DNA of 64,000 nt from NCBI RefSeq assembly GCF_006345805.1, contig NC_043010.1:38130001-38194000 (forward strand), given 5' to 3'. Both the position numbers and the translations under genes were made by a program. The notes beneath the pieces were generated by a model. It saw nothing but the letters and a program-made list of their open reading frames with translations, did no database searches and was not told the DNA's origin. This document shows, one piece after another, positions 39,032 to 51,184 of the stretch (the first letter of the stretch is position 1; the number at the start of each line of letters is the position of its first letter). Source of the DNA: Octopus sinensis (lineage: Eukaryota).

Positions 39032-39109
39032 GCTTCTTCTAAACACGCGGAAGGAGAATTTGAAGCAAAATCGCTAAACCTGCTCAGTAAAACACGTCAA
39101 TTTCAATGA
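39032..39109 (+). CDS. Candidate exon (ASSKHAEGEFEAKSLNLLSKTRQFQ*)
   Basis: Strong polypyrimidine acceptor ttatttttgtttgtctttgtttgctccag|. Phase 0 is open for 25 codons. No homology recognised. Confidence 0.2.
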   Translation, partial: ASSKHAEGEFEAKSLNLLSKTRQFQ

Positions 39110-39448
39110 AGCAGACGATAGTTTGATATCTTGTGAAATATTATATTTTGCTTTCTGTGACAGAGCACGAGATATTGAATGTCTCTAAATTGTTTTAGGA
39201 AACTAGAGGGAAAAAAAGACGAGAAGAGAAGAAGGAGAAGAAGACTACAAGAAATGACAAAAATTTGATTTGCTAAAAGAAAAACGGCAATATCTCGTGA
39301 GATTATTTTTTTCTATTCTTTTTCTTTAGATTTTTTATTGCGTAACATCAGTTATCGTTTATGAATTCTAATACACAAGCCGGAGTTAAATGGAATTTCT
39401 TGTCTTCCTGAATGAAATAAAATAGAGGTGAGATGAAAAGAGTAAAAG

Positions 39449-39480
<32 letters not shown>

Positions 39481-39697
39481 GAAATATTAAAATAACTAAG
39501 TCTCTCTAAAAGAGAACAGCGGCAGCGTTCCCGGAAAATAATAGTTATCGCCATACTAATATGGCATTCTTATAAAAATATATATGCATATATATATAAA
39601 TATACATATATATACATATGCATGTATGTATGTATACAAGAGATAGTGTGTGTATACTATTTAGTTACTGGTGGGATCAACAAATAAGTACTCTATC

Positions 39698-39738
<41 letters not shown>

Positions 39739-39790
39739 TTATATATATATATTATATATATTATATATATATATATATAATATATATATA

Positions 39791-41079
39791 TAACGTTAAA
39801 AAAAACCCAAACTGGGACAAGAACGTGAAACATTTTGAAGACGACAAAAAAACAACACAGACGGGCTTTCGAAGCTCTCAGTCATCAGTCAAGAACCAGA
39901 TCATCTTCGCAATTTCGGCTGATTAATCTTGAGATTGCTCCAATCTGGGCAGCCCGCCAAGGAAATCTAAGCCAGTCGCATTAGATTCCTTGGAAGAAAA
40001 CCTCGAAAGTATACAACACAGTGACGGAAAACGGACGATGTTACTCTCTCGAAAAGAATTCAAAAATACGTAAAAACAATAACGATAGCACGGATAAGAA
40101 TACAAAATAACGTAAAAAAAACAATATAACAAAACCAGGACGCCAGGACAAGCGTCTTTCGACAGGACGAGTTGAGTATAGGGCTGGCTGTGGTAAAAAT
40201 GCCTGAAGGCAAACGGAGCACAAACAATTACGTGTGGTCACACCAACTACTTGATGCGAAAAGGCAGTAGTAGCTAGCTGGTCACGTGAGCACAAAGGGG
40301 AAAAGGGACAGATGAAGAGAGAAGCAAGAGAGGGAAAGGGACAGGTCAAGTGGGGTATAAGGTCTGAGAGGCAGAGAAATGTGGGGAGAGGAGGACGGAG
40401 GAAGAGAGAAAGAAAGGGGAACAAGGGAGAAGAAAAAGAGGGAAAGAGATAGAACAAGGGGAGTGCAAAGGGTGAAGGCAGAGAAAAGTAGGAGAGGGGG
40501 GGGAAAGAGAGACAATGTAGTCGAGTCGTACCAATGTTAGAGAGTAATATACTTACAGTATAGGGTCAAAAGGTAGGATACGTAGCCGCCGTGTATATAT
40601 GTAAACGTTAAAAAAATACAAACTGGGACAAGAACGTGAAACATTTTGAAGACGACAAAAAAAACCCAGACGGGACTTTCGAAGCTCTCAGTCATCAGTC
40701 AAGAACCAGATCATCTTCGCAATTTCGGCTGATTAATCTTGAGATTGCTCCAATCTGGGCAGCCCGCCAAGGAAATCTAAGCCAGTCGCATTAGATTCCT
40801 TGGAAGAAAACCTCGAAGTATACAACACAGTGACGGAAAACGGACGATGTTACTCGAAAAGAATTCAAAAATACGTAAAAACAATAACGATAGCACGGAT
40901 AAGAATACAAAATAACGTAAAAACAATAATAACAAAACCAGGACGTCAGGACAAGCGTCTTTCGACAGGACGAGTTGAGTATAGGGCTGGCTGTGGTAAA
41001 AATGCCTGAAGGCAAACGGAGCACAGACAATTACGTGTGGTCACACCAACTACTTGATGCGAAAAGGCAGTAGTAGCTA
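39791..41079 (-). mobile_element. Non-coding PLE-like repeat P2 (full ~810 bp unit + truncated tandem copy)
   Basis: 39791-40270 is repeated at 40603-41079 (period ~810). HHR-like motif at 39860-39888 and 40669-40698. Starts in (TA)n. Confidence 0.55.
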
Positions 41080-41287
41080 ATGTATGTATGTATGTAAGAT
41101 AGAGTACTTTATTTGTTGATCCCACCAGTAACTAAATAGTATACACACACTCTCTCTTGTATACATACATACATGCATATGTATATATATGTATATTTAT
41201 ATATATATGCATATATATATATATATATTATACTATATATATATATATATGTACCTTCCCACACACAAGCACATATATATATATATA

Positions 41288-41330
<43 letters not shown>

Positions 41331-41357
41331 CTGTATATATATATAAAGCGTGTGTGT

Positions 41358-41631
41358 GCTCGTGGCCTAGCGGTTAGGGTGTTGCACTCACGATCGCGAA
41401 ACTGTGGTTTCGATTTCCAGACCAGCGGTGCATTGTGTTCTTCAGCGAAAGTATTTCATGTCACGTTACTGAGCCTGCTCATCTTTAAATGGGTAACACT
41501 GGCGTTCGGTTTAGGGGCAGATGTTGGCCTGCCGACTTAGCCAGCGGGGAGACGTCATTTGAAAGCTATAACAGTGTGAGGAAGCGCATTGTGAGTAGCG
41601 ATGTACAAGCACTTCAACCTGTGACAGTGAT

Positions 41632-41688
<57 letters not shown>

Positions 41689-41770
41689 AGATCGCTAGCC
41701 ACATAACAGTGTGAGGAAGCGCATTGTGAGTAGCGATGTACAAGCACTTCAACCTGTGACAGTGATATAC
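41358..41770 (+). mobile_element. SINE with D-like head + tail II variant; tail duplicated
   Basis: cgtggcctagcggttagggtg...tttcgatttcc head. Tail gaagcgcattgtgagtagcgatg occurs twice. Confidence 0.65.
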
Positions 41771-41773
41771 ATG

Positions 41774-41814
<41 letters not shown>

Positions 41815-41815
<1 letters not shown>

Positions 41816-41980
41816 AGATCGCTAGCCACTAAACCATTTTCTATTTTCTATCCCTGTTTATTTCTGTGTTCCTTTCTGTCGAAGAGCGTAGGCTCGAAAC
41901 GTTAAAAACTTTCCCACTTCCCGAGCGTTAAACTAATACATCTGTTTGTTGTTTACAACACCCGTCTTCGTCTTTTTTTA
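41815..41980 (+). mobile_element. PLE-type terminal-repeat fragment with minimal HHR variant
   Basis: CTGTCGA-A-GAGC gtag GCTC-GAAACGTTA at 41876-41904. Flanked by (TA)n. Confidence 0.55.
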
Positions 41981-42014
41981 TGCATGTATTATGTATATGT
42001 ATGTATGTATATGC

Positions 42015-42059
42015 ACCTTAAGAGTGGAATTGGTAGGCGGAAACTGATAGAAGCCTGTC

Positions 42060-42119
<60 letters not shown>

Positions 42120-42125
42120 TATATG

Positions 42126-42158
<33 letters not shown>

Positions 42159-42375
42159 GTGCGTGGTGTGTGGGTGTGTGTGTGTGTGTATTTGTGTGTC
42201 TGTGTTTGTCCTCCCAACATCGCTTGATGCTGGTGTGTTTACGTCCCCGTAACTTAGCAGTTCAGCAAAAGAGGCCGAGACTTACAAAGAATAAGTCTTG
42301 GGATCGATTTGCTCGACTAAAGGCGGTGCTCCAGTATGGCCGCAGTCAAATAAATGAAAGAAATAAAAGAATAAA
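42015..42375 (+). mobile_element. SINE-A (partial head + 3' half)
   Basis: Match to other copies. Confidence 0.75.
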
Positions 42376-42446
42376 AGAATATATATACATACATATATAT
42401 ATGTATGTATATATGTGTGTGTGTGTGTATATTATATATATATTAT

Positions 42447-42483
<37 letters not shown>

Positions 42484-42503
42484 GCATAGATATGTATCTC
42501 ACC

Positions 42504-42544
<41 letters not shown>

Positions 42545-42809
42545 AATGGTGTGTATACATATATACGTATGTGTATATCTGTGCATAATAGTGAATGTGC
42601 ATCTACGTTTATACGTATGCAGCACCATTAAATCACATGTGCACCCATACAGATTATGCTTGCATTATGCATAAACTGATGCACATACATGAATGCAGAT
42701 ACACAGCACATACGTGCGGACGCACACCAATTAGCTATGGCCAGAATTTGGCAAATTTTCGAAATTTAACTTGTGTGAAACGCCCAAATTGTCCATAAAT
42801 TGCTTCTTC

Positions 42810-43330
42810 AGCTGTTGTGGTGGTGGTGGTGGTGACGATGGCGGCAGTGGTGGTAGTGGTGGTATGGAGTGGGGGTGGAAGTGGTGACCGTGGTGATGGT
42901 AGTGTCGGCGATGGTGGCGGCGGCGGCGGTGGTGGTGGCGGCGGCGGTGGTGGTGGCGGCGGTGGTCGTGGTCGTGGTGGAGGTGGAGGTGTTTGTGGTG
43001 GTGGTAGAGGTGGTGGTGTTGGTGGTGTTGTGATAGTGGTGGAGGCGGTGATGGTGAGTTGGAGGCTTAAAGCACTGGCAGTAATGATGATGATGATGGT
43101 GATGTGTGTGTATGTTCATTTATAGCACTGACGGAAGAAGAAGAAGCAGAAGAAGAAGAAGAAGAAGAAGAAGAAGAAGAAGAAGAAGAAGAAGAAGAAG
43201 AAGCAGAAGAAGAAGAAGCAGAAGAAGAAGAAGAAGAAGAAGAAGAAGAAGAAGAAGAAGAAGAAGAAGGGGAGGAGTAAGCGCTAGTGGTGGTGGGGTG
43301 CTGATGATGCTGGTGATGATGGTGTGATAA
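42810..43330. repeat. Compound (GGT/GGC)n, (GAT)n and (GAA)n microsatellites
   Basis: Direct reading. The poly-G/H/R/S/L ORFs are artefacts. Confidence 0.95.
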
Positions 43331-43489
43331 CATTGGTAGAAATAGCACCACAATGTTGATGGTATTGATAGTGGTAGCTATGATTCGGAAAGGTTGGCAG
43401 TAATATTAACACTAGAGATGGTGACGGTGATGGTGATGATAATAAGGGTTGTCAATTGTACTAGTCGTACATAACTACGAACAAATATA

Positions 43490-43516
43490 CCATACATACA
43501 TACATACATACATACA

Positions 43517-43547
<31 letters not shown>

Positions 43548-43610
43548 GCATACATAAAATACATATATATACATACATACATACACATATATATATGCAT
43601 ACATACATAT

Positions 43611-43654
<44 letters not shown>

Positions 43655-43702
43655 GTACGTACATACATAAATACATATATATATATACATACATATGCAT
43701 TC

Positions 43703-43746
<44 letters not shown>

Positions 43747-44154
43747 AAATGCATACATACATATACATATATATGGTGATGATAATAAGGTTTTTCCATT
43801 GTAATAGTCGTACATAACTACGAACAAATATACCATACATACATACATACATACATACATACATACATACATACATACATACATACATACATACATACAT
43901 ACATACATACATACATACATACATACATACGTACTTACGTACGTACATACACATGTACATAGCTGCAGGATATCAAAGGAACTGTCGAAATATGTAAAGC
44001 GGTTCAGAAGTATAGCACGGAATAAGATACACTTTAACTATGACATCGTAGCCTGAGTCCATGCGCATGAGCACATACGTATGGGCATGCATACACGTAC
44101 ACATAAAATGTAAGCAAATATACATACACACATAGATACATACATACATAATAC

Positions 44155-44185
<31 letters not shown>

Positions 44186-44675
44186 CATACATACATACAT
44201 ACATACATACATACATACATACATACATACATACATACATACACACATTCACATTCAAGATTACCCTGTTGATGTTGCCTAAACTCCAGCGAAAGAGTCT
44301 CGCTTTTAGGCAAGGAACCGACTATTTCTCCATTGGTGCGAAATTCGTAAAAAATATACCAGGAAAATAAACTTATGTGCGTACACACATACATATCTAT
44401 ATGTATATGTTCATATGAATGTGTGTGTGTTTACACGCACACATACGCAAATGTATATACGTGCGTATATATATTCGTATATGTGGTGCGTGTGTATATA
44501 TAACATATACACGTGTGTGTATGTGTGTATGTGTGTGGATGTGTATGAGTATGTTTATGCATACATGTGTACATGATCACTTGTATATATGCATGCAAAA
44601 ATAAATACATGTTAACATACATACATACATACATACATACATACATACATACATACATACATACATACATACATG
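43490..44675. repeat. (TACA)n/(TA)n array with short unique inserts
   Basis: Direct reading. Inserts at ~43790-43835, 43960-44090 and 44245-44385. Confidence 0.9.
43960..44035 (+). mobile_element. Very short R4/Dong C-terminal fragment
   Basis: LQDIKGTVEICKAVQKYSTE* aligns by eye with LQVQSVSGTLKICKTFLKFQM*. Confidence 0.55.
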
Positions 44676-45170
44676 AGAGAGATAGTTCGAAAAAGATCAT
44701 ACCCGTTGAACAAAACAGACAGTGAAATGTTTGAACCCCAGAAGATGCGATCGACAATGTCGATTACGCCATGAATCTCTTAAAGATATTTGACATGCTA
44801 TCAGCGCTGTCCTGAATAAGATGCGATTAACTTATATCTTCCAATGCAGTATTATGTTGTGGCTGAAACAATATACAATGCTATCTGCTGTGAAAGTCAA
44901 CCTTTGGTTAAATACAGAAAAGATCGCGCTTGTTGAATGCATAGATATATTTGAGTGTAATATATACTGGTGGAACGCTTCCATCAAATTTTCCGTCAAA
45001 ACATAAATATGATAATCCTGTCTTGACGTGAAAGAAACACATGTACTATTATGAAGGTCAGCCACCTTTTCGATGAGATCATTTCTATGAAAAATCACTG
45101 CGAAAGAGAATATTATAAGCAGCTGCTCTATGATAAGTTGGATTTCCGTCGTTTGGCGACGAGGGTTTAG
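44675..45170 (+). mobile_element. Old R4/Dong fragment (CCHC + RLE)
   Basis: Frameshifted translation includes YLPMQYYVVAETIYNAI, YWWNASIKFSVK and TCTIMKVSHLFDEIIS. (TACA)n at the 5' junction. Confidence 0.7.
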
Positions 45171-45237
45171 ATGTTTGATTAACTGAATTATCTAGTTTTG
45201 AATTAACATAATAGCAATATATATATATATATATGTA

Positions 45238-45365
45238 TATATTGGCCTGCTCGCTTAGCCAGCGGGGTGGCATCATTTGAAGGCTAAAACAATGCGAAGC
45301 GCATTGTGACCAGTGATGTGTAGCAACATCTGATAGCCTGGTCGGTCACGGTGATCACGGTGATA
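45238..45365 (+). mobile_element. SINE tail II only
   Basis: ttggcctgctcgcttagccagcgggg...gtcacggtgatcacggtgata between (TA)n tracts. Confidence 0.8.
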
Positions 45366-45389
45366 TATATATTATATATATATATATAT

Positions 45390-45420
<31 letters not shown>

Positions 45421-45524
45421 TTATATATGAGGATAATATCGATATTTAAGTATCAATATTATCAAGTGGCCAGCATGGGAAAAGTACCGTACAAAGGAAT
45501 AATTTGTCTCTTAGACACCCTCAT

Positions 45525-45549
<25 letters not shown>

Positions 45550-45557
<8 letters not shown>

Positions 45558-46245
45558 ATAGAACAAAAACGCAGTAGAGGACAATAAGACATTCGGACAG
45601 ATAGACGAAACAAAGGCGGACTAGAGAAAAAGCAATAACAATGATAGGCAAAAAAAGGCGGGTCATTCGTAGCCTTCTTTCCTCAGTCAAGTTACCAGAA
45701 GTCCTTACTGTTTCGGGCAGTTACACTTGAGACAGTTCGATCTGGTTGCTCCAAAAAAAGTCTAAGTTAAGAGCATTAGATCTTTTTGTAAAAAAGATAG
45801 CGAATGTGTACGCCAACAAAGACAAAAAAAATGAGCGGAGAACATGGTACACAATTACAAATACAAACAACAAGAATATAACAACAGGTGTCTTTCGACT
45901 GAGAACGAATCAAATTGAACTGGCGTGTATGAAGTGAAGGCCCAAAGGCAGGAACATTGGAGATGGACATAAGAGGTGTCGACGGTCGGCAGTCAGGCCA
46001 AGAAAGAAAGACCATAGCTGGCCGGACACCAGTCACGTGGAAGGAGGAGAGAGGGGTAGGGTCAGCAGGATTGAAGGATTAGAAAAAATCAGAGACATAG
46101 GAAAAGGTACAGGGGAGATAAACGAGGAGATAAAAGAGAGGGCCAAGAAATGTAAGAGAGTGGGAGAGCGAGAAAAAGAAAAGAGGAAGAAAGTATAAGG
46201 GGTACTAAAAGGGGGGTGAGAAGGGTAGGGTCAGCAGGATTGAAG
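45550..46245 (-). mobile_element. Non-coding PLE-like repeat P3
   Basis: Same layout as P1/P2: HHR-like motif 45657-45686, gtcacgtg at ~46032, purine-rich tract. Starts in (TA)n. Confidence 0.45.
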
Positions 46246-46929
46246 GGCGAAATACCTATTTCTTTACTACCCACAAGGGGCTAAACACAGAGAGGACAAA
46301 CAAGGACAGACAAACGGATTAAGTCGATTATATCGACCCCAGTGCATAACTGGTACTTATTCAATCGACCCCGAAAGAATGAAAGGCAAAGTCGACCTCG
46401 GCGGAATTTGAACTCAGAACGTAGCAGCAAACGAAATACCGCTAACCATTTCGTCCAGCGTGCTAACGATTCTGTCAGCTCGCGCCGCCTTAATAATAAT
46501 GATAATAATAATATTTTCTACTTTAGGCACAGCGCCTGAAATTTGGTGGAAGAGGACTAGACGATTACATCGACCCCAGTGTGTAACTGGTTCTTATTTA
46601 ATCGATCCCGAAATGATAAAAGGCAAAGTCGACCTCGGCGGAATTTGAACTCAGAACGTAGCGACGGGCGAAATACCGCTAAGAATTTCGTCAGTCGTGT
46701 TTGTTTGTCCGTGGACAAGATATCTCAAGAACCGCTGGATGGATTCGGATGAAACTTTCCTAGCGCTATTTCGCCCGTCGCTACGTTCTGAGTTCAAATT
46801 CCGCCGAGGTCGACTTTGCCTTTCATCCTTTTAGGGTCGATAAACTAAGTACCAGTTGAACACTGGGGTCGATGTAGTCGACTCAACCCCCTCCCTCCAA
46901 ATTGCTGCTCTTGAGTCAAAATTTGAAAC

Positions 46930-46930
<1 letters not shown>
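46245..46930. mobile_element. SINE-B cluster with an inverted pair
   Basis: Minus copies 46245-46500 and 46540-46690. Plus copy 46761-46930. Confidence 0.85.
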
Positions 46931-47012
<82 letters not shown>

Positions 47013-47105
47013 TATTATTATTATTATTATTATCATTATTATTATTATTATTATTATTGTTATTATTATTATATAACCTATGCCAGCATGGAACGTGGAT
47101 GTTAA

Positions 47106-47137
<32 letters not shown>

Positions 47138-47147
47138 AATGATGATA

Positions 47148-47188
<41 letters not shown>

Positions 47189-47205
47189 AATGATAATGAT
47201 GATGA
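46930..47205. repeat. (ATT)n and (GAT)n microsatellites
   Basis: Direct reading. Confidence 0.95.
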
Positions 47206-47869
47206 TGTGTGTGTGTGTGAAATGAGAACAGTTTGTCTTTCAAGCATATTGTATTAAAGACATACCTACGTTTGAGTTTGTCCTTTTTTATTTAGCGTTT
47301 TTTTATTTTTCCCCCTTTTTTTTCATATTTCCTTATTAATCCTTGATATTCAGTTTAGAGCATTAGCGTTCCTAAATCCATTAGTCCATTAACGTTTCGA
47401 AGCTATCTTAACTCCATCCTCATAATGAAATGATTGGAGCGTTGCCTATTTTTCGTGCGCATTACGTTAGGTCGTAAAGGATCATAAATGTACTGCTGAT
47501 TTTTCTTTTACCGTTTCTTCTTTTCTTTTTTGTTGCTGTTTTCCCTGTTGTTTCAACGCCATATTGAAAAATTATTCAACGGTTAAGCCCGGTCAGTTTC
47601 CGCAATTAATTTTGTGCATGTTGTATCTCTATGTTCTATTTATATTGTTCTTTTCGCCAAATATCTAAAGATACACTTTATGTAACTAGCATTTAACTGT
47701 TTAATTTAACTATTTAACAACCAAACAAGCTCTAAGCATAAAACTCTTACACAGCGCTGTTTATACTTCAATAAACTCCTTATCTTTTTCGAAGGGGAAA
47801 TTGTAATGGAAGGCAAGGTTTACGATATCGGAAAAATATCGTCTTTTTCCATCATCTTTTTGTTCTTCG

Positions 47870-48270
47870 TGTAGTTCAGGCCTCCGGCAGGCGAAGAGAA
47901 AAGACTTCAAGTACAAATGCTATTTACAACTGGTTTATTTACAGGATTCACAGGATAGGGGAAGTGTGCTGCTCTCAGCAACCATCTTTAGCTAAGTGCG
48001 TTGTGTAGTAGCTCCGTTAGTGCGGGCACATTGTCTCTGGAGATACAACATATAGACAGGTCAAGCCAGTGGTGGTGTTCAGCCAGCGCTGCTGTGAGAT
48101 GGCGCCAAAAAGAGAGAGATTCGAATCGGGTTTTCCCTTTATATAGTTTTCCATCGCGAGCCTCGTTGTGATCTCGCACATGGCAAATGGATGCAGGTGA
48201 GGTCTCGCTCCAGTCTCGGAGAAGGCAATGGCAGCCGCGAGATCTCATCCTGACTGCTTGTGCCGCTACA
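47870..48270 (-). mobile_element. Putative solo LTR (401 bp)
   Basis: TGTAG...CTACA termini. Minus-strand TATATAAA (48138-48145) lies upstream of AATAAA (47934-47939). GC-richer than flanks. No TSD found. Confidence 0.45.
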
Positions 48271-48669
48271 AAATCTTAAGAGAACAATGATTCACAGGAA
48301 GAAAGAAGCACCAACCAAATACATAGAATCATAGAAAGAAACACTAAGAAAATATACAGCATCCTCATGGAGGACCTGAAAATATGTGCCAAAATTTTAA
48401 TTGGTTTTGAGAAGACCCTTAATATTCTCAAAAATTATAGGGATGGAGTTTGGTCAAGATTGGTAAACAAGATTGGTAAACGAGAGAAAACTATGTCAAC
48501 CTAACAACTTTTCTATCAATAACCTAACTATTTTTCCGTTTTTCAACGGAGGAGAAACAACCTGATATATTTTCCTCAATCCCCTAGTAATTGTAGCATA
48601 AATATGATGATACCTCGGGATGCAAGAAAACGATACCCATGCTGGCACTTGAAACAAAGAACAGCTAAA

Positions 48670-49200
48670 GAATAAAAACCGGATGAAGTGTAGATCATCG
48701 GAACTCAACGCGTCCGATGAAGCAGTAGTCTACAATGTGTTGATTGTACCATTACTCATAGGAACATTTGAGCTTGACTGGACTCTAGAAGAATCCTGGA
48801 GATTCATATTAAAATACGGAACCTATAACATAAATAGCGATACAGACCGCCTCTACCTTAAACGAAAAATAAAGGAGCAGAAATTTAATATTAATTGAAG
48901 CAGCTTTCGAATGTCGCTTCATATTTTCTCGACAGCATTGACTGATCACGAAGTATTCATTGGATTTTATAGATAAACGAAGTCTGCATGCGTGAGGCAA
49001 GTAACATCTTAAGAATTAGGAAAGGGGTCCTCACAAAGTATTCTTTGACGGGTCATTATAGATACAGACCCAGATAAATTTCTCAGCTATACTGCAAAAG
49101 AACACCAGGTGAGAGGCTTATGTACGGCCATGTGTCCAGAAAATTTTAGAAGGACAATCAGAGCAATTAGAGCAATCAGAGGTAACTCAGTAACCAGAGT
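48670..49200 (+). mobile_element. Decayed R4/Dong RT-thumb fragment
   Basis: SELNAS...VPLLIGTF.LDWTLEE...NINSDTDRLYLKR, and later LMYGHVSRK. Confidence 0.7.
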
Positions 49201-49943
49201 CTAGTAGATTGTCGGACATTAATTGGTTTATCACCATCTAGTAGAATACAGTTGACAACTCCCAATGGATTTAATTCCAAATAGTTGAAGACTACATGCT
49301 ACATATAGTTTTCTAAATATAAGTAACTAGGTTACCACTCTTTTTATCCCGACCGCCACTATTTCCTCCGTTACTCTCTAAATTATAGTAGGCGTAGCAA
49401 AGTAATCCATTATCTTCTAAAATCATTCTGCCACAGATATGACAAAAGAAACATTGTAAATATTTTGAGTTCCATTATTGATGGGAATATATTAAAGAAC
49501 GGTTGCGTCCTTTATGTTTGAAGTCTATGCGGTCATCTGACGAGAACGGTTTCTTTCAATTGATGTAATGTTTTCATCAATAGATTACAGAAGCAGCATG
49601 AAACGACCGTAATGAATTGGCACCTGTACATCTTTGTTACTCATTTATATTTTATTCAGTTAACTTGGAATCTGCACTTCGGGAATACTATAGAAATTAC
49701 CTTTATAAAACGTACATGTCTGAATTACCAGGAGCGGATATCTTCACTTAGTTGGGTTGCGTTATCTGCACACACGACAGGAATATCAGATACAGACACC
49801 CCTGCGTGGATTCTTGATATTCAATATTTAATTACTATTGTTTGAGTGTAGGAATTATACAGACCTAGTATGCGCCTCAATTTAAGTACCTCCTAATTAT
49901 ACATACATACATACATACATACATACATACATGCATACATACG

Positions 49944-49978
<35 letters not shown>

Positions 49979-50392
49979 ATATATGTATGCATATTTAAAT
50001 AATGAGGGTGATAAATTGAATATTAATTTAATTAATATCAATTTAAAACTAGTAGCCTGACATAGAAAAATCTGAAAATTCAGAAAGAATTGTAATATAT
50101 ATATATATACACACATATACATATATATGTGTGTGTGTTTGTGTGTGTGTGTGTGTATACAGGGTGCGATATTTTATAATTTTTATATCGCGCATGCACT
50201 TTGTTTCGTTGTGATTTTGTCGACTACACAGCATAACAGGGTTAGTTGGGCACCATCTGTGAGAAAAACACCACCATGATGCAATTCACTTTGCCAAAAG
50301 ATTGGAATATGTGTGTGTGTGCGTATAGTTCAAAATTGTACAATAAACAAAAAAAGGAAACACAGTGAGGTGAGGGAACAACAAAGATATAA

Positions 50393-50423
<31 letters not shown>

Positions 50424-50769
50424 CGTGTATATGAGTATGTATCTGTGTGTGGATGTATGGATGTGTGTCTGCGTGTGTGTGAATTAACATAACACAAACT
50501 TTAAAAAGTATTTCGTGAACACCCGGTGTATTTATATCTCGACAATTTCCGTACACTAGTGTCTATGAGGCAGAACACACACACACACATACAATGAGAT
50601 ATAACATTCAATTATTTAAATTAGATGATCTTTAATCCTGAGTTTCCACTGATAATATGATTATCAGTTATCGTTGCCATTGGAATTGCTAAATAGCTGT
50701 CCACGCTTGAACATGTTATTACAAGTATATACACACGACAGCCCCCCACCCCTCACACACGCACACACA

Positions 50770-50800
<31 letters not shown>

Positions 50801-51184
50801 TTTACAAACACATATACACACACATGCACATAAGTGTTAACACTTCAATACATATGACTCTAAACAGAGGTATATACTTCCACATATACATATGCAACAC
50901 ACACATGCGCACACACACGACTACACACACACACACACACCACTCTGTCTCTCTCTCTCTTTCACACACACACACAACAGACACACACACATGCACGCAC
51001 ATGCAGACGTAATAAGCGTACATATGGCATACACATGGATGCACATGCAAATTTAAATATATCCAAAATGCACGCAAGCATGTCACGCGAAGATCAAGAA
51101 TTATTTCACGCAAACACTATCACACATTCGTGAGTGTATATGTGTGTATATATACGAGTGTGCAATAGATATTCCATTGTTCTT

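Noticed and set aside
42810-43330. Gly/His/Ser-rich protein exon
   Set aside because: Pure trinucleotide repeats without splice signals or non-repetitive coding flanks.
1604-46930. CRISPR-like or satellite array from the ~185 bp repeats
   Set aside because: There are no unique spacers. The units are SINE-derived and the context is eukaryotic.
49528-49612. CTGACGA...GAAAC HHR-like arrangement
   Set aside because: There is no NUH/stem III geometry and no stem I.
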